DNA of 64,000 bases, taken from IMG/VR virus record IMGVR_UViG_3300037466_000352; one strand, 5' to 3'. This stretch comes from a virus. Taxonomy: Duplodnaviria > Heunggongvirae > Uroviricota > Caudoviricetes. The notes under the pieces were generated by a model. It had not been told where the DNA came from and did no database searches. It worked only from the letters and a program-made list of their open reading frames with translations. Both the position numbers and the translations under genes were made by a program. Below, piece by piece: positions 28,249-37,327 of the stretch (within the stretch, counting starts at the first letter, position 1; each line of letters starts with the position of its first letter).

Positions 28249-28524
28249 ATGCACCGACAATTCATTCTTTCCGATGTGGGTTCCGACGCACTTGGTAATA
28301 CCAAGACGTGGGTCACGGTCGAAGACACGCTTCGTCCTCTTGGCGGCGTGTGTGTGACTATTTCGACGACCTACAACAAGGCGCGAAAGCCCGAACAACA
28401 CGTGTCCAAGCTGCGTCTGGTCATCGAAGATCGGGCCAAGCTGGCGGAACTCGCGGCCTTCCTGCTGGGTTGCGCCGTATCGACCGAGGGTGTTCCCATT
28501 GACAACATTCCCAAACTTGGGTAA
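28249..28524 (+). CDS. Hypothetical protein
   Basis: 91 aa ORF downstream of the promoter. Confidence 0.45.
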   Translation: MHRQFILSDVGSDALGNTKTWVTVEDTLRPLGGVCVTISTTYNKARKPEQHVSKLRLVIEDRAKLAELAAFLLGCAVSTEGVPIDNIPKLG

Positions 28525-28527
28525 TAT
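28499..28527 (+). promoter_or_regulatory. Conserved promoter TTGACA-N17-TAATAT with an ATTCCCA box
   Basis: TTGACAACATTCCCAAACTTGGGTAATAT. Confidence 0.6.
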
Positions 28528-28554
28528 ACGCATTCCACCAACTTTGGAATCGTC

Positions 28555-28776
28555 ATGAGAACAGAAGACATGCTGGACCTGCGCGAAGGTATGAAGGTGA
28601 TCGTCTCGCCCGCTGCTGGTCTGGCAACTCGCCCGATCCGGGCGCAAGTACGCGGCATTGCGACATCGCCACTACCGGTGATCGGTCGAAACGTCATCGT
28701 CGAACCGGAAGTCAAGATTGGCGGCTTTTCGTGTCATCCGGCCTTCGAAATCCATCTCGCACCGGTCAACGAATGA
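28555..28776 (+). CDS. Hypothetical protein
   Basis: 73 aa ORF. Confidence 0.45.
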   Translation: MRTEDMLDLREGMKVIVSPAAGLATRPIRAQVRGIATSPLPVIGRNVIVEPEVKIGGFSCHPAFEIHLAPVNE

Positions 28777-29291
28777 ACTCAGTTGTTTGTATGCCGCCAC
28801 TGCGCCGATGGAAGAAGGCTGGTGTAGTTGAACGTTCGGTGTTCCTGGCGGGGACTATCGAGATGGGGCAGTCGTGGGACTGGCAATCAGAGATGATCGA
28901 GACGATCAAGGATCGAGCGTCAGTCATCTACAACCCTCGGCGAGCGGAATGGGACGCCACGTGGGAACAGTCGATGATGTCGGTGCCGTTCAATAACCAA
29001 GTGAATTGGGAATTGGACTTCATCGAGTACGCTGACCGGGTGTTGATGTACCTTGACCCCAATTCCAAGTCACCCATTTCTTTGCTGGAATTGGGGTTTC
29101 TTGCTGGCGCTGCACCTGATAAGCTATGGGTGTGCTGTCCCGATGGCTTCTGGCGAAAGGGCAACGTGGAAGTCGTTTGTAATCGCTACGACATCCCGTT
29201 GTATGAATCATTCAAGGTCTTCAAGGAAGCGGCCCGCTGCGACCTGGAACGAGCCTACGACATCTACAAGACCAAAAAGGTGACAGAATGA
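28773..29291 (+). CDS. Nucleoside 2-deoxyribosyltransferase-like protein
   Basis: Trimmed to ATG 28773. VFLAGTIEMG...LELGFLAG motifs. Confidence 0.65.
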   Translation: MNSVVCMPPLRRWKKAGVVERSVFLAGTIEMGQSWDWQSEMIETIKDRASVIYNPRRAEWDATWEQSMMSVPFNNQVNWELDFIEYADRVLMYLDPNSKSPISLLELGFLAGAAPDKLWVCCPDGFWRKGNVEVVCNRYDIPLYESFKVFKEAARCDLERAYDIYKTKKVTE

Positions 29292-29755
29292 AGAAAGGCG
29301 AAGCACTATCAAAAATGCTCAAAATCTGCGTCGAGAAGTTCGATGGGATTTTCGACAAGTCGGGCCAACCGTATATCCTTCATCTTCTGAAGGTGATGCA
29401 CTACTGCAAGACGGATGACGAAGAGATTCAGTGCATCGCCATCGGCCACGACTTCATCGAGGACATCTTCGCAGATGACCACATTGCCGGTTACGCGTAC
29501 CTTCGTCGAGAGGGTTTCTCGGAACGCATCATCAACGGCATCCGCAACATGACCAAGGTTCCGGGCGAAGACGAGAACGATTACATCATCCGCGTGTCGT
29601 CATCCAAGGATTCGACCATCGTCAAGCTGGCTGACCTTCGTCACAATTCCGACATCCGCCGTCTGAAGGGACTTCGCGAGAAGGACTTCGAGCGTATGCA
29701 GAAGTACCATCGCATGTACCTTCGTCTGACACAGGCATTGGAGATGTACCGGTGA
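29288..29755 (+). CDS. HD-domain phosphohydrolase
   Basis: 155 aa. H..H...HD.IED pattern (LHLLKVMHY...IGHDFIEDI). Confidence 0.65.
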   Translation: MKKGEALSKMLKICVEKFDGIFDKSGQPYILHLLKVMHYCKTDDEEIQCIAIGHDFIEDIFADDHIAGYAYLRREGFSERIINGIRNMTKVPGEDENDYIIRVSSSKDSTIVKLADLRHNSDIRRLKGLREKDFERMQKYHRMYLRLTQALEMYR

Positions 29756-29970
29756 AGTACTTATTCGGCTTCTGGGTGTCAGTATGCGTGCTGATTATTG
29801 CGTTCGCGATCTATGAAAAGGTCGAGCACCAACGATTCCTTGAACAACACGGATGCCAGATGTACTTTGACGCTTACACCGGTCACGACTATATTTCAGG
29901 AAAAGTCGTCTATCACGAACACGTCCGTGTCTACGAATGTGCCGATGGTCGTCGGACAGAACTGCAATAG
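29752..29970 (+). CDS. Hypothetical small membrane protein
   Basis: 72 aa. N-terminal TM. Confidence 0.4.
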   Translation: MKYLFGFWVSVCVLIIAFAIYEKVEHQRFLEQHGCQMYFDAYTGHDYISGKVVYHEHVRVYECADGRRTELQ

Positions 29971-29973
29971 GAC

Positions 29974-30002
29974 TTGACTGAATTTCCATGATTGGGTATG
30001 AT
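29974..30002 (+). promoter_or_regulatory. Promoter TTGACT-N17-TATGAT
   Basis: TTGACTGAATTTCCATGATTGGGTATGAT. Confidence 0.45.
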
Positions 30003-30032
30003 TCGTCATGTCAACAACACCGGGAGTCAATC

Positions 30033-30419
30033 ATGGGTCTGACAGCTTCGATCTACGCGAACAAGGAACCTGGATACGAGAATTGCAGCAACAACGGCAT
30101 TTCGTCATTCTTCAATCAGGTGTGCATCATGAACGCGGAAGGTCCGTCTTCGCCGCGTTCAGGGTGTCCTGCCGTAATCATCCAGTCTCATGTTCCTGGC
30201 ATCGTACGAGCGGTCCCGGCTGAACTGAAGGATGGTGAATGGGTCGAGTTCAAGTTCGAACACTGCGTTGGACCGATGTCTGGCGGTGCTTTCATCCACA
30301 CATCGGACAGTCGTTTCGGAGAATTGATCGAGAAGTTGACTGGCGCTCGCTTCTATGGCGCTGTCGCACTCCATGACCGATACGAGTCCACCGAGGACTA
30401 CGAGCGTCTTTCGCGATAA
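30033..30419 (+). CDS. Hypothetical protein
   Basis: Trimmed to ATG 30033 with RBS CACCGGGAGT. Confidence 0.5.
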   Translation: MGLTASIYANKEPGYENCSNNGISSFFNQVCIMNAEGPSSPRSGCPAVIIQSHVPGIVRAVPAELKDGEWVEFKFEHCVGPMSGGAFIHTSDSRFGELIEKLTGARFYGAVALHDRYESTEDYERLSR

Positions 30420-30424
30420 ATCAG

Positions 30425-30473
30425 TTGACAAGTAACCAACGTTGGGATAGTATAACACCTGTCCCAACGTTGG
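30425..30473 (+). promoter_or_regulatory. Promoter TTGACA-N17-TAGTAT flanked by two CCCAACGTTGGG palindromes
   Basis: CCAACGTTGGGA at 30435 and CCCAACGTTGGG at 30461 flank the -10. The same palindrome occurs twice at 3820-3863. Confidence 0.55.
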
Positions 30474-30497
30474 GACTCACTTACAGGAGAGCATCAC

Positions 30498-30809
30498 ATG
30501 GGTACGATCACGCTTCCGAAGTACGCGCTGGACATCTACACGAACAAGAACGTAGGCGGTAAGTGGACCAAGGTCAAGGTCGCCGACTGCTTGTCGTGGG
30601 ACATCAAGCAGTACGGTCGGCCAAACGAAGCGAACCTCGAAAAGTACGTACTCGCGTTCGGTAAGTCGCTCGAATCTGGTGGCACGAATGCCCACCTGTC
30701 GGAGTCCTTCGGTTTCATACCCTATCCGACGAAGGCCGTGATTCGTTACAACCACTCGCACGGCGAGGCAGTAGCAACGTGGGACGCCCCTACCTTCATG
30801 GCTTGGTAA
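30498..30809 (+). CDS. Hypothetical protein
   Basis: 103 aa. RBS aggaga. Confidence 0.5.
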   Translation: MGTITLPKYALDIYTNKNVGGKWTKVKVADCLSWDIKQYGRPNEANLEKYVLAFGKSLESGGTNAHLSESFGFIPYPTKAVIRYNHSHGEAVATWDAPTFMAW

Positions 30810-30819
30810 GGGGACAACC

Positions 30820-31035
30820 ATGAGTGCTCGTAAGGACATTCATCGCAAGGCCCGTGAGAAGGCGAAGAAGCTGGCTGAAGAGAACGACATCCAGATCGAG
30901 AAGACTGACGGCGGGTTCAGTGTGTATCCGCCGTCGCACTGGCAAGGTGATGATCCACACGAAGGACATCGCCATTGCAACGATTGGGAAGAAGTTCTGG
31001 TGATGGTGCAGGAATATTCGAGGGAACTGTCATGA
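30820..31035 (+). CDS. Hypothetical protein
   Basis: 71 aa ORF. Confidence 0.45.
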   Translation: MSARKDIHRKAREKAKKLAEENDIQIEKTDGGFSVYPPSHWQGDDPHEGHRHCNDWEEVLVMVQEYSRELS

Positions 31036-31265
31036 CCTTTCATTATTCGTGTTTGAAGATGCGCCGCATCCTGAAGAAGCACGGGACGCTGAATATCGTC
31101 ACTGGCGATATGAAGATGGAAGGCGAAGAGTGGGTCACAGAGAAATGTGGCATACCGCTCTTCGACGAGAAAGAGCGGACAAGCGGTATTTGTCGATCCT
31201 GCGCCATCGGATGGACTCACCCAAACAACTTCCCGGTCGAAGACGATGATGAACAACAAGCGTGA
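31032..31265 (+). CDS. Hypothetical protein
   Basis: Trimmed to ATG 31032 (ATGA overlap). Confidence 0.4.
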   Translation: MTFHYSCLKMRRILKKHGTLNIVTGDMKMEGEEWVTEKCGIPLFDEKERTSGICRSCAIGWTHPNNFPVEDDDEQQA

Positions 31266-31512
31266 ATATGCAACAAGAACCATTGGCCCGCTGGAACAAC
31301 TTCCCGATAACACGCGAGTCCGTGTCGGAACCAAGATCGGGACAGTCGTGAAATCGAAGATCGTGCCTGCGATCCCTAGCGGGAATATCGTGGTGCATAC
31401 GGTCGCTTTCACGCACAGGATCACACGATGGCCGTCGAAGCGCATAGTGCCTCTCGATAAGACCATCCGATATGATGTCAACTATTCAGGTATCAACGTT
31501 TTCGAGGACTGA
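31246..31512 (+). CDS. Hypothetical protein
   Basis: Trimmed to the internal ATG (MMNNKREY...). Confidence 0.4.
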   Translation: MMNNKREYATRTIGPLEQLPDNTRVRVGTKIGTVVKSKIVPAIPSGNIVVHTVAFTHRITRWPSKRIVPLDKTIRYDVNYSGINVFED

Positions 31513-31524
31513 CCAGAAGGAACC

Positions 31525-31716
31525 ATGCTGCTACGGGTGATTTTGCTTTTCATGCTGTTTGCTGGCGGGTGCTGGGTGTTTCTATCGACATTCCGACACA
31601 TCACCGGCAAACAGTGGTTAAAGGTCGGTGCGATCTTAACCAAGCTTGCGATTTGCGCGATATTCGCGGCTACAGCTATGACAACCATCGCGCTTCTACA
31701 ACACGCAACAAACTGA
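31525..31716 (+). CDS. Small membrane protein (two TM segments)
   Basis: 63 aa, hydrophobic. Confidence 0.4.
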   Translation: MLLRVILLFMLFAGGCWVFLSTFRHITGKQWLKVGAILTKLAICAIFAATAMTTIALLQHATN

Positions 31717-31730
31717 GGAATACCAACAAC

Positions 31731-32528
31731 ATGAAATATCTGAAGACTCTGTTTTTCGTCATGATGATCGCCGCTCTGTCCGCATGCGGACGAATCGACA
31801 CAGGTCATACGGGTGTCCGCACGCATTGGGACAAGACGGTCGATACGCAAGTCGTGCGTCCTGGCCCGTACATCGCAGTCACGGACTCGGTGCAACAGTA
31901 CGTCACCAACGAAGTGACGTTCGAAGTGAAGAACCTTCAACCGCAAACGCTGGACAAGTCGTACTTGAAGGACCTGGACTTCTCGTACACCTACAAGGTC
32001 GATGCGCCCGATCTGCCGAATCTCGTTACACAGTTCAAGAACCGAACACTCGTCATCAATGACGACGATTACCCGATGGGCTTATACGTCGATACGATGA
32101 TCCGTGCAGCCGCGTTCACGGCAGTCTCGAAGTTCAACGCGATGGATGCCAACCCGCACCGCGCAGACATCGAGAAAGACATCAAACAGACCGTACAGGC
32201 CAAGTTCGCCGAAGAACATTTGGACAATGTGATCCGCGTGTCTCAGGTGACGATCCGCAACATCGAAGTCGATCCACAGCTACAAGCCGCAGTGGTTCGC
32301 AAGTTGAACGCCCAGACCGACAACCAGACCAAAGACATCGAAATCGATACGGCACAGAAAGAAGCCAAGCGTATGCAGATGTTGACGGAAAACAGCGGTG
32401 GTCAGACGTACATCAACCTTCTGAACGCACAAGCGAACATGAAGATCGCCGAAGGCATCTCGAACGGTCGTGTGAACACCATCGTCGTACCGACCGACTT
32501 CAAGGGCATCGTCAACACGGCGCACTGA
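31731..32528 (+). CDS. SPFH/Band-7-like lipoprotein
   Basis: Trimmed to ATG 31731 (MKYLKTLFFVMMIAALSACG lipobox). The C-terminal region resembles prohibitin/HflC (AEG...NTIVVPTD). Confidence 0.55.
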   Translation: MKYLKTLFFVMMIAALSACGRIDTGHTGVRTHWDKTVDTQVVRPGPYIAVTDSVQQYVTNEVTFEVKNLQPQTLDKSYLKDLDFSYTYKVDAPDLPNLVTQFKNRTLVINDDDYPMGLYVDTMIRAAAFTAVSKFNAMDANPHRADIEKDIKQTVQAKFAEEHLDNVIRVSQVTIRNIEVDPQLQAAVVRKLNAQTDNQTKDIEIDTAQKEAKRMQMLTENSGGQTYINLLNAQANMKIAEGISNGRVNTIVVPTDFKGIVNTAH

Positions 32529-32529
32529 C

Positions 32530-32808
32530 ATGGGTTATTTCGAACGGTTCGGAACCGACATCACGGACTTCTGGCCGGATGATGACGAAACAACGCTGTA
32601 CTTATCATCCGGCCAACTAACGATGGCTGACCTGATCCAACACGCCAAGGAACACTTTGGCGACGATGTAAAGATCGAAGACATCGAAGTATCGGCAGAG
32701 AAGATTCACACGCATTGCATCTATTATGATCTGTACGATGCCAGCGACTATACCGACTTCGTTGTTCTAACACACAAGAAACAAAATCCCATCGTTGGGA
32801 ATGCTTGA
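32530..32808 (+). CDS. Hypothetical protein
   Basis: 92 aa ORF. Confidence 0.5.
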   Translation: MGYFERFGTDITDFWPDDDETTLYLSSGQLTMADLIQHAKEHFGDDVKIEDIEVSAEKIHTHCIYYDLYDASDYTDFVVLTHKKQNPIVGNA

Positions 32809-32859
32809 CAGAACTCCCGGTTGCGAGTATGATTCAGTTCATACCAACGCACCGGGAGT
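32805..32859 (+). promoter_or_regulatory. Promoter TTGACA-N17-TATGAT whose spacer and leader form an inverted repeat sequestering the SD (AACTCCCGGTTGCG / CGCACCGGGAGTT)
   Basis: The 5' arm lies in the spacer (32812-32825). The 3' arm (32846-32859) contains the SD GGGAG of the 32866 gene. The predicted TSS falls between the arms. Confidence 0.5.
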
Positions 32860-32865
32860 TTTCAC

Positions 32866-33270
32866 ATGAACGCAAACATTCGCAAGATCGTAGATGTCCG
32901 TGTCGAGTCCGACCTGTACGTTGCTGGTCGCGATCCCGAAGAGGGCTACGTTATTCACGGCGAATCTTTCAAGGTCGTGGCAGAGTTCGAAGGCGGCGAA
33001 GCCTATGCACACGAACATCACTTCCGCAACAAATCCTTCGTCGATGTGTGGGCTGACGACCTGAACGAGATGGTTCGCATGTGGGAAGATTCCACTGACG
33101 AATGCGTGGCCCGCGCAGCACGACTCTGTGATCGTGTCAAGGCCCACATCGAGAAAGGTGGTAATCTTGACATGGCACATTGGCACTTTCATCGGACGAT
33201 TTATGGTTCAGCCGCATACCTCGAAGAAGTTGCCTCGATGACACCGGCCCAGCGTGCCGGAGAAGAATAA
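32866..33270 (+). CDS. Hypothetical protein
   Basis: 134 aa ORF. Confidence 0.55.
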   Translation: MNANIRKIVDVRVESDLYVAGRDPEEGYVIHGESFKVVAEFEGGEAYAHEHHFRNKSFVDVWADDLNEMVRMWEDSTDECVARAARLCDRVKAHIEKGGNLDMAHWHFHRTIYGSAAYLEEVASMTPAQRAGEE

Positions 33271-33296
33271 CCCTACCACACTACGGAGTGAAGACC

Positions 33297-33500
33297 ATGA
33301 CATCACACAAAATCACCATCGAAATCGAAACCGGTAACGATGCGTTCAGAGAAAACGGCGAAACGTACGAAATCGGTCGCATCCTGACGGAGTTCGGTAA
33401 GCGCCTACATGACGGTGGGATGAACATTTACACCATGTCATCCAAACTGTACGACATCAACGGCAACGCAGTTGGCATCGTCAAGGTCGAGCCATGTTGA
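33297..33500 (+). CDS. Hypothetical protein
   Basis: Trimmed to the internal ATG (MTSHKITIE...) with RBS ggagtg. Confidence 0.45.
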   Translation: MTSHKITIEIETGNDAFRENGETYEIGRILTEFGKRLHDGGMNIYTMSSKLYDINGNAVGIVKVEPC

Positions 33501-33745
33501 CCTTCGATCAGTGGGGCCAACAGGTCCGAGAACTGTTACCTGACTTCGGGACGGTAGCAGTCAAACATAGCCTATTCCTCAACACAGAGGCCGCAGAACG
33601 GCTTCTCGATGTTGGAGAATATCTCACCGTGTTCGCGATGCTACAAGGCTTCTGTGAGGGATTACAGATCGACCCTAGCGCAGCATTAGAACACGCACAG
33701 CTTTGCGACATCCTCAAGTCATACCCACATGAAGAATCGCACTGA
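33494..33745 (+). CDS. Hypothetical protein
   Basis: 83 aa ORF. Confidence 0.45.
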   Translation: MLTFDQWGQQVRELLPDFGTVAVKHSLFLNTEAAERLLDVGEYLTVFAMLQGFCEGLQIDPSAALEHAQLCDILKSYPHEESH

Positions 33746-34049
33746 CACCAAGTATTTTCAGATCAGACACGAAGCTGGACTCTATGAGTATCGCGGGTTC
33801 CTGATCTGGAAAAACGATGCCCTGAAGAAGTGGGTGATTGATGACAATCGGGGCGAACATTTCAACAAACTTACAACTGCGAAGTCGTATGTGGACGCCA
33901 TCATCGAGCGTCCTCACCTTCGCAACAAGCCTTTACCCAAAGAACAAAAGTGTCAAAGACCAAACTCGGATTCGTCCATCTCAAAGCCAGTGAAGTTGTC
34001 GAACGCGCTGAAGGCGCTCTTAAACGCATCGCAGACAAACGCGAAGTAA
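33729..34049 (+). CDS. Hypothetical protein
   Basis: 106 aa ORF. Confidence 0.45.
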   Translation: MKNRTDTKYFQIRHEAGLYEYRGFLIWKNDALKKWVIDDNRGEHFNKLTTAKSYVDAIIERPHLRNKPLPKEQKCQRPNSDSSISKPVKLSNALKALLNASQTNAK

Positions 34050-34318
34050 GGCGCAAAGAATTCCTCTCTGATTACGTCAATCAGCCTGTCTGCTGGCTCT
34101 TCCGTCTGTTCGGCAAGAAACCCCTCACCGAAGAACAAGCCATCAAAGCCATCGAAGAAGACATGTGGCTTGGTCATCACTATTACTACCTCACTCCCGA
34201 CTTCGAAAGCCCGTGGCAAGAAGGACTTCGGTCGCTCGTCAAGGTTGGGAATGGGTTGCTTGAGAGTGGTGAAACAGAGATGGAAGTTTCCATTGAATAC
34301 GCAGACTTGTTGTTCTGA
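33950..34318 (+). CDS. Hypothetical protein
   Basis: 122 aa. Overlaps the previous ORF in another frame, so its start is uncertain. Confidence 0.4.
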   Translation: MSKTKLGFVHLKASEVVERAEGALKRIADKREVRRKEFLSDYVNQPVCWLFRLFGKKPLTEEQAIKAIEEDMWLGHHYYYLTPDFESPWQEGLRSLVKVGNGLLESGETEMEVSIEYADLLF

Positions 34319-34348
34319 TACAACATCAAACAAAAGTGTCAGAACCTG

Positions 34349-34376
34349 TTGACAAACGCACACACGTCTGTATAAT
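34349..34376 (+). promoter_or_regulatory. Promoter TTGACA-N16-TATAAT with a roughly 100-nt leader
   Basis: TTGACAAACGCACACACGTCTGTATAAT. The leader contains a direct repeat ATGTAGATTTCT / ATGTAGTTTCT. Confidence 0.55.
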
Positions 34377-34483
34377 TCGTTCTCAGGTTGTGACGCGAAA
34401 CGAAAAGCAAACGACCTGAACTTTAACCAACCATGTAGATTTCTACTCTATGTAGTTTCTGCACTTTGAAGAGGACCTTCATC

Positions 34484-34987
34484 ATGAAAAAGACCATCAT
34501 CGCACTCGCACTCGCACTCGCAATCTCGGCAACGGCTGCTTTCGCAGGCAACGGTAACGGCAACCAGGGCAACGGTGTCGGCAATCAAGGCGCTGCGATC
34601 AGCGGTTCGGCCTCGGCCTACCAAGGCACGGTCGTCGGCTCGGTTGGCAGCGTGTCGCAAGGCAACGCCGTGACCTCGGCGGAAGTCGTCGGCAACGGTG
34701 CTTCGTATCAGACGGCACAAAACGTGACGGGTGGCACGGCCACGGTCGGCGGTTCGATCAGCGCAAACGGCGCAACGGTCGGCACGCAGACGACGCAATA
34801 CAGCAACTCGGTCGTGACCGGCAAGACGGTCGGAAACGCACCTGCCATGAACGGCAACAGCATCGTCAACGGCGGCAGCGCGTTCGGCCAGACGCAGACC
34901 TCGGCCACGGGCACGGCGACGTTCGGTTCGGGCGCAATCGGCGGCACGCTGTCGATCCAAGGCATCGGCGCAATCGGCGCTCTGTAA
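34484..34987 (+). CDS. Secreted Gly/Asn/Ser/Thr-rich repetitive protein (Sec signal peptide); GC-rich gene
   Basis: Signal peptide MKKTIIALALALAISATAAFA. Low-complexity G/N/Q/S/T/V repeats. Local GC is much higher than the surrounding phage sequence. Confidence 0.55.
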   Translation: MKKTIIALALALAISATAAFAGNGNGNQGNGVGNQGAAISGSASAYQGTVVGSVGSVSQGNAVTSAEVVGNGASYQTAQNVTGGTATVGGSISANGATVGTQTTQYSNSVVTGKTVGNAPAMNGNSIVNGGSAFGQTQTSATGTATFGSGAIGGTLSIQGIGAIGAL

Positions 34988-35081
34988 TCTGATCGCCGAT
35001 TGAGTCTGGGGTCTGTCGGTCGTCAAATACGGTTGGCAGACCCTTGAGTATCCACTACATGAACTACCGGAGTATCAACAC

Positions 35082-35612
35082 ATGAAGAAAATCCTCGCCG
35101 CAGTCCTGTTCACATTCGCAACCGCATCTGCCTTCGCGCAAAGTAGCGCATCCACGAACACGACGACGAATTCGACATCCGGCGCATTGAACCAGGGCGT
35201 CAGTCAAGGCATCACGTTCAACAGTCCGCCCGAAGTTCACTACAGCGGCAGCTACACGGTACGTTCGACAGGCAACGCCTCGATCAGCGGATTTGCCGGT
35301 TCGTTCTCGTCCGATTACTGTGGCGGCACGGCTGGTGTCGCGGTCGGCGGTCCTGGCTTCGCAGTGAGTGGCGGTGCGCCCAAGATCGATCACGGTTGTA
35401 CGATGTTGCGTGCGTTCGAACGCATCCAACAAGCAGCGGCAGCGGACCCCGCACATGCCACGCAGTTGCGTGCAGCAGCGCTCGATGTTCTGGCCGACAT
35501 CGACCCCGCAGTCAAGGCAGCGCTTGTCAGCCACGGCCTGATCGAGAAGCCCAATGATAAGGTGACGACCAATGAACAAGGCCAGAAGGTGTACGTCACG
35601 GCGCAACCCTGA
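35082..35612 (+). CDS. Secreted Ser/Thr/Gly-rich protein (Sec signal peptide); GC-rich gene
   Basis: Signal peptide MKKILAAVLFTFATASAFAQ, two Cys. GC-rich. Confidence 0.55.
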   Translation: MKKILAAVLFTFATASAFAQSSASTNTTTNSTSGALNQGVSQGITFNSPPEVHYSGSYTVRSTGNASISGFAGSFSSDYCGGTAGVAVGGPGFAVSGGAPKIDHGCTMLRAFERIQQAAAADPAHATQLRAAALDVLADIDPAVKAALVSHGLIEKPNDKVTTNEQGQKVYVTAQP

Positions 35613-35617
35613 TTCGG

Positions 35618-35666
35618 TTGACACAAATTCCCAGACTTGATATAATGTGCGAATTCAAGTCTGGGA
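35618..35666 (+). promoter_or_regulatory. Conserved promoter TTGACA-N17-TATAAT with an 11-bp inverted repeat (CCCAGACTTGA / TCAAGTCTGGG) flanking the -10 and sequestering the SD
   Basis: TTGACACAAATTCCCAGACTTGATATAATGTGCGAATTCAAGTCTGGGAG. The 3' arm overlaps the SD GGGAG of the 35674 gene. Confidence 0.6.
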
Positions 35667-35673
35667 GTCAACG

Positions 35674-35841
35674 ATGAAGAAGAGCAAGAAAAAGAAGAAC
35701 TTCAATAATCACAAAAGCAACACAATTGTGATCGAGTTCGATTCTCCGAAGCCACGCATTGGTGTGATCTTCACCAAGGTCGTGTCTAACAAGAACCTGA
35801 AGAAGCACAAGATCAAGCACAAACACAAGGTTGTAGATTGA
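35674..35841 (+). CDS. Small Lys-rich basic protein (55 aa)
   Basis: ATG 35674 with RBS gggag. The track used the upstream GTG. Confidence 0.5.
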   Translation: MKKSKKKKNFNNHKSNTIVIEFDSPKPRIGVIFTKVVSNKNLKKHKIKHKHKVVD

Positions 35842-36209
35842 AACCTCTGATTCACGCAAAGATTTCGGTGAAGACCTATGGCGGCAAAGTCGAAGATTAT
35901 CTGCCTATTCATAACTTCATCGATAGCAGTAAGTCTGCTCACCCAGACATCCGCCATCGGGCAATTCTGCATTCAGCTTTTGGGTGCTTTATCGTCGAGC
36001 ATGTATTCGGGACCTACCTGACTAACAGCGATGGCAAAGATGTATCCGTTCGCGACATCGCGGAAGAACACATCATACAAGACCTCGGGTTTATCCCGAC
36101 GATGGAACAGTACTTAAACAACATGCAGATTCAACCGTGGATGTCTGGTACTGAAAAGAGAAACAATAAAAGCGAACGGAAGTTCATTTCACTCGAAGAT
36201 GCTGACTAA
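35838..36209 (+). CDS. Hypothetical protein
   Basis: 123 aa ORF. Confidence 0.5.
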   Translation: MKPLIHAKISVKTYGGKVEDYLPIHNFIDSSKSAHPDIRHRAILHSAFGCFIVEHVFGTYLTNSDGKDVSVRDIAEEHIIQDLGFIPTMEQYLNNMQIQPWMSGTEKRNNKSERKFISLEDAD

Positions 36210-36477
36210 AGAGCAATGTGACGTATGGGCGAAGCCCCGTGGCTATTCGCTGCATATGCGTAGTGGCAGCGATACGCTGACCTACAACAAAAGTTTCGAC
36301 AAGTATTTCCTCGCACTGACGTTTGATTTGGTGCGTAAGGAAATGGTTCTTCAAGCTTTCCCTGGATTTTTCACGCTGTCGTCTGGTAAGATGCAGGCGA
36401 TGCACCCCAACTTCGATGAATTGTTCGAAGCGCGCATGGTGCGCATGATGAACGCCATCGAGAACTATAACCAATAA
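36199..36477 (+). CDS. Hypothetical protein
   Basis: 92 aa ORF. Confidence 0.45.
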   Translation: MLTKEQCDVWAKPRGYSLHMRSGSDTLTYNKSFDKYFLALTFDLVRKEMVLQAFPGFFTLSSGKMQAMHPNFDELFEARMVRMMNAIENYNQ

Positions 36478-36941
36478 TGGCAAAGAAAAGCAACATCGAA
36501 AATCTGATTGCATCATTTCAAGAACAGCAAACGAAGTTCCGTGAAATGATGCAAAAGGAATTCAAGAAGACCTTCTCGGAGTTCTTCAAAGAAGTCCCCG
36601 AATGCACGGCAGTGATTTGGACACAGTATTCGCCGTATTTCAATGACGGTGAAGAATGTGTATTCCGTGTTTATTCTTCTACATTCACTAACTGTCCGGT
36701 CGATCAACTCGAATACATCGGTTGCGGCGAGTATGTTGGTGAAGAAGAGAACATCTGGACATATGGTGACGACAGCTATGGCGACGGACCACAACACAAC
36801 ATTCGTCCTGCAATGGATGCACTGGACCGGTTGATTCATTGCCGCGAAATGAGCGGCATCCTTCAAGCTATGTTCGGAAACCACGTCGAAGTCACTGCGA
36901 CGGCAGAAGGCTTTGACATCGACGATTACGATCACGATTAA
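36477..36941 (+). CDS. Hypothetical acidic protein
   Basis: 154 aa ORF. Confidence 0.5.
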   Translation: MAKKSNIENLIASFQEQQTKFREMMQKEFKKTFSEFFKEVPECTAVIWTQYSPYFNDGEECVFRVYSSTFTNCPVDQLEYIGCGEYVGEEENIWTYGDDSYGDGPQHNIRPAMDALDRLIHCREMSGILQAMFGNHVEVTATAEGFDIDDYDHD

Positions 36942-36952
36942 CTGAGACGATT

Positions 36953-37327
36953 ATGAGTGCGGAAGAAGAGAAGAAAGTCAGCAACACGAAGCTGGTAGTC
37001 ATTGACACCAAGACTCTCGTCGCTAAGTCGTTCGAAGGAAATTTCCCATGTGGCGAAGCCCACTTGCCGAACCCGAACGGCGAAGACGAGTACACGGCTG
37101 TCGAAATCACGGAACAGTTGAACGACTTCCTGAAAGCTGCTGACGGCGCTCGATACCGCGCTATTGCCGAAGCCGACAAGAAGGCCGCAATCGGAAAGAA
37201 GCTGGTTGAACTGACCAACGAATACGAAGGTTGGTTTGATCGTCTGGTTCCCGAAGAAGAATTCGATTCGTTCGGTTTTTTGAAAGCAACAAAACAGGTA
37301 GATAGTGAAGATGTCAAAACAATATGA
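36953..37327 (+). CDS. Hypothetical protein
   Basis: 124 aa ORF. Confidence 0.5.
   Translation: MSAEEEKKVSNTKLVVIDTKTLVAKSFEGNFPCGEAHLPNPNGEDEYTAVEITEQLNDFLKAADGARYRAIAEADKKAAIGKKLVELTNEYEGWFDRLVPEEEFDSFGFLKATKQVDSEDVKTI

Noticed and set aside
34490-34520. GCACTC x3 tandem repeat
   Set aside because: It simply encodes the ALALALA stretch of the signal peptide. It is not a regulatory repeat or a CRISPR array.
34448-35624. Long minus-strand ORFs (34448..35026, 35064..35624 and others) opposite the two secreted-protein genes
   Set aside because: They are artefacts of the very GC-rich repetitive sequence. The + strand ORFs have signal peptides, RBSs and a promoter, whereas the minus-strand translations are Arg/Ala-rich nonsense with no start-site context.
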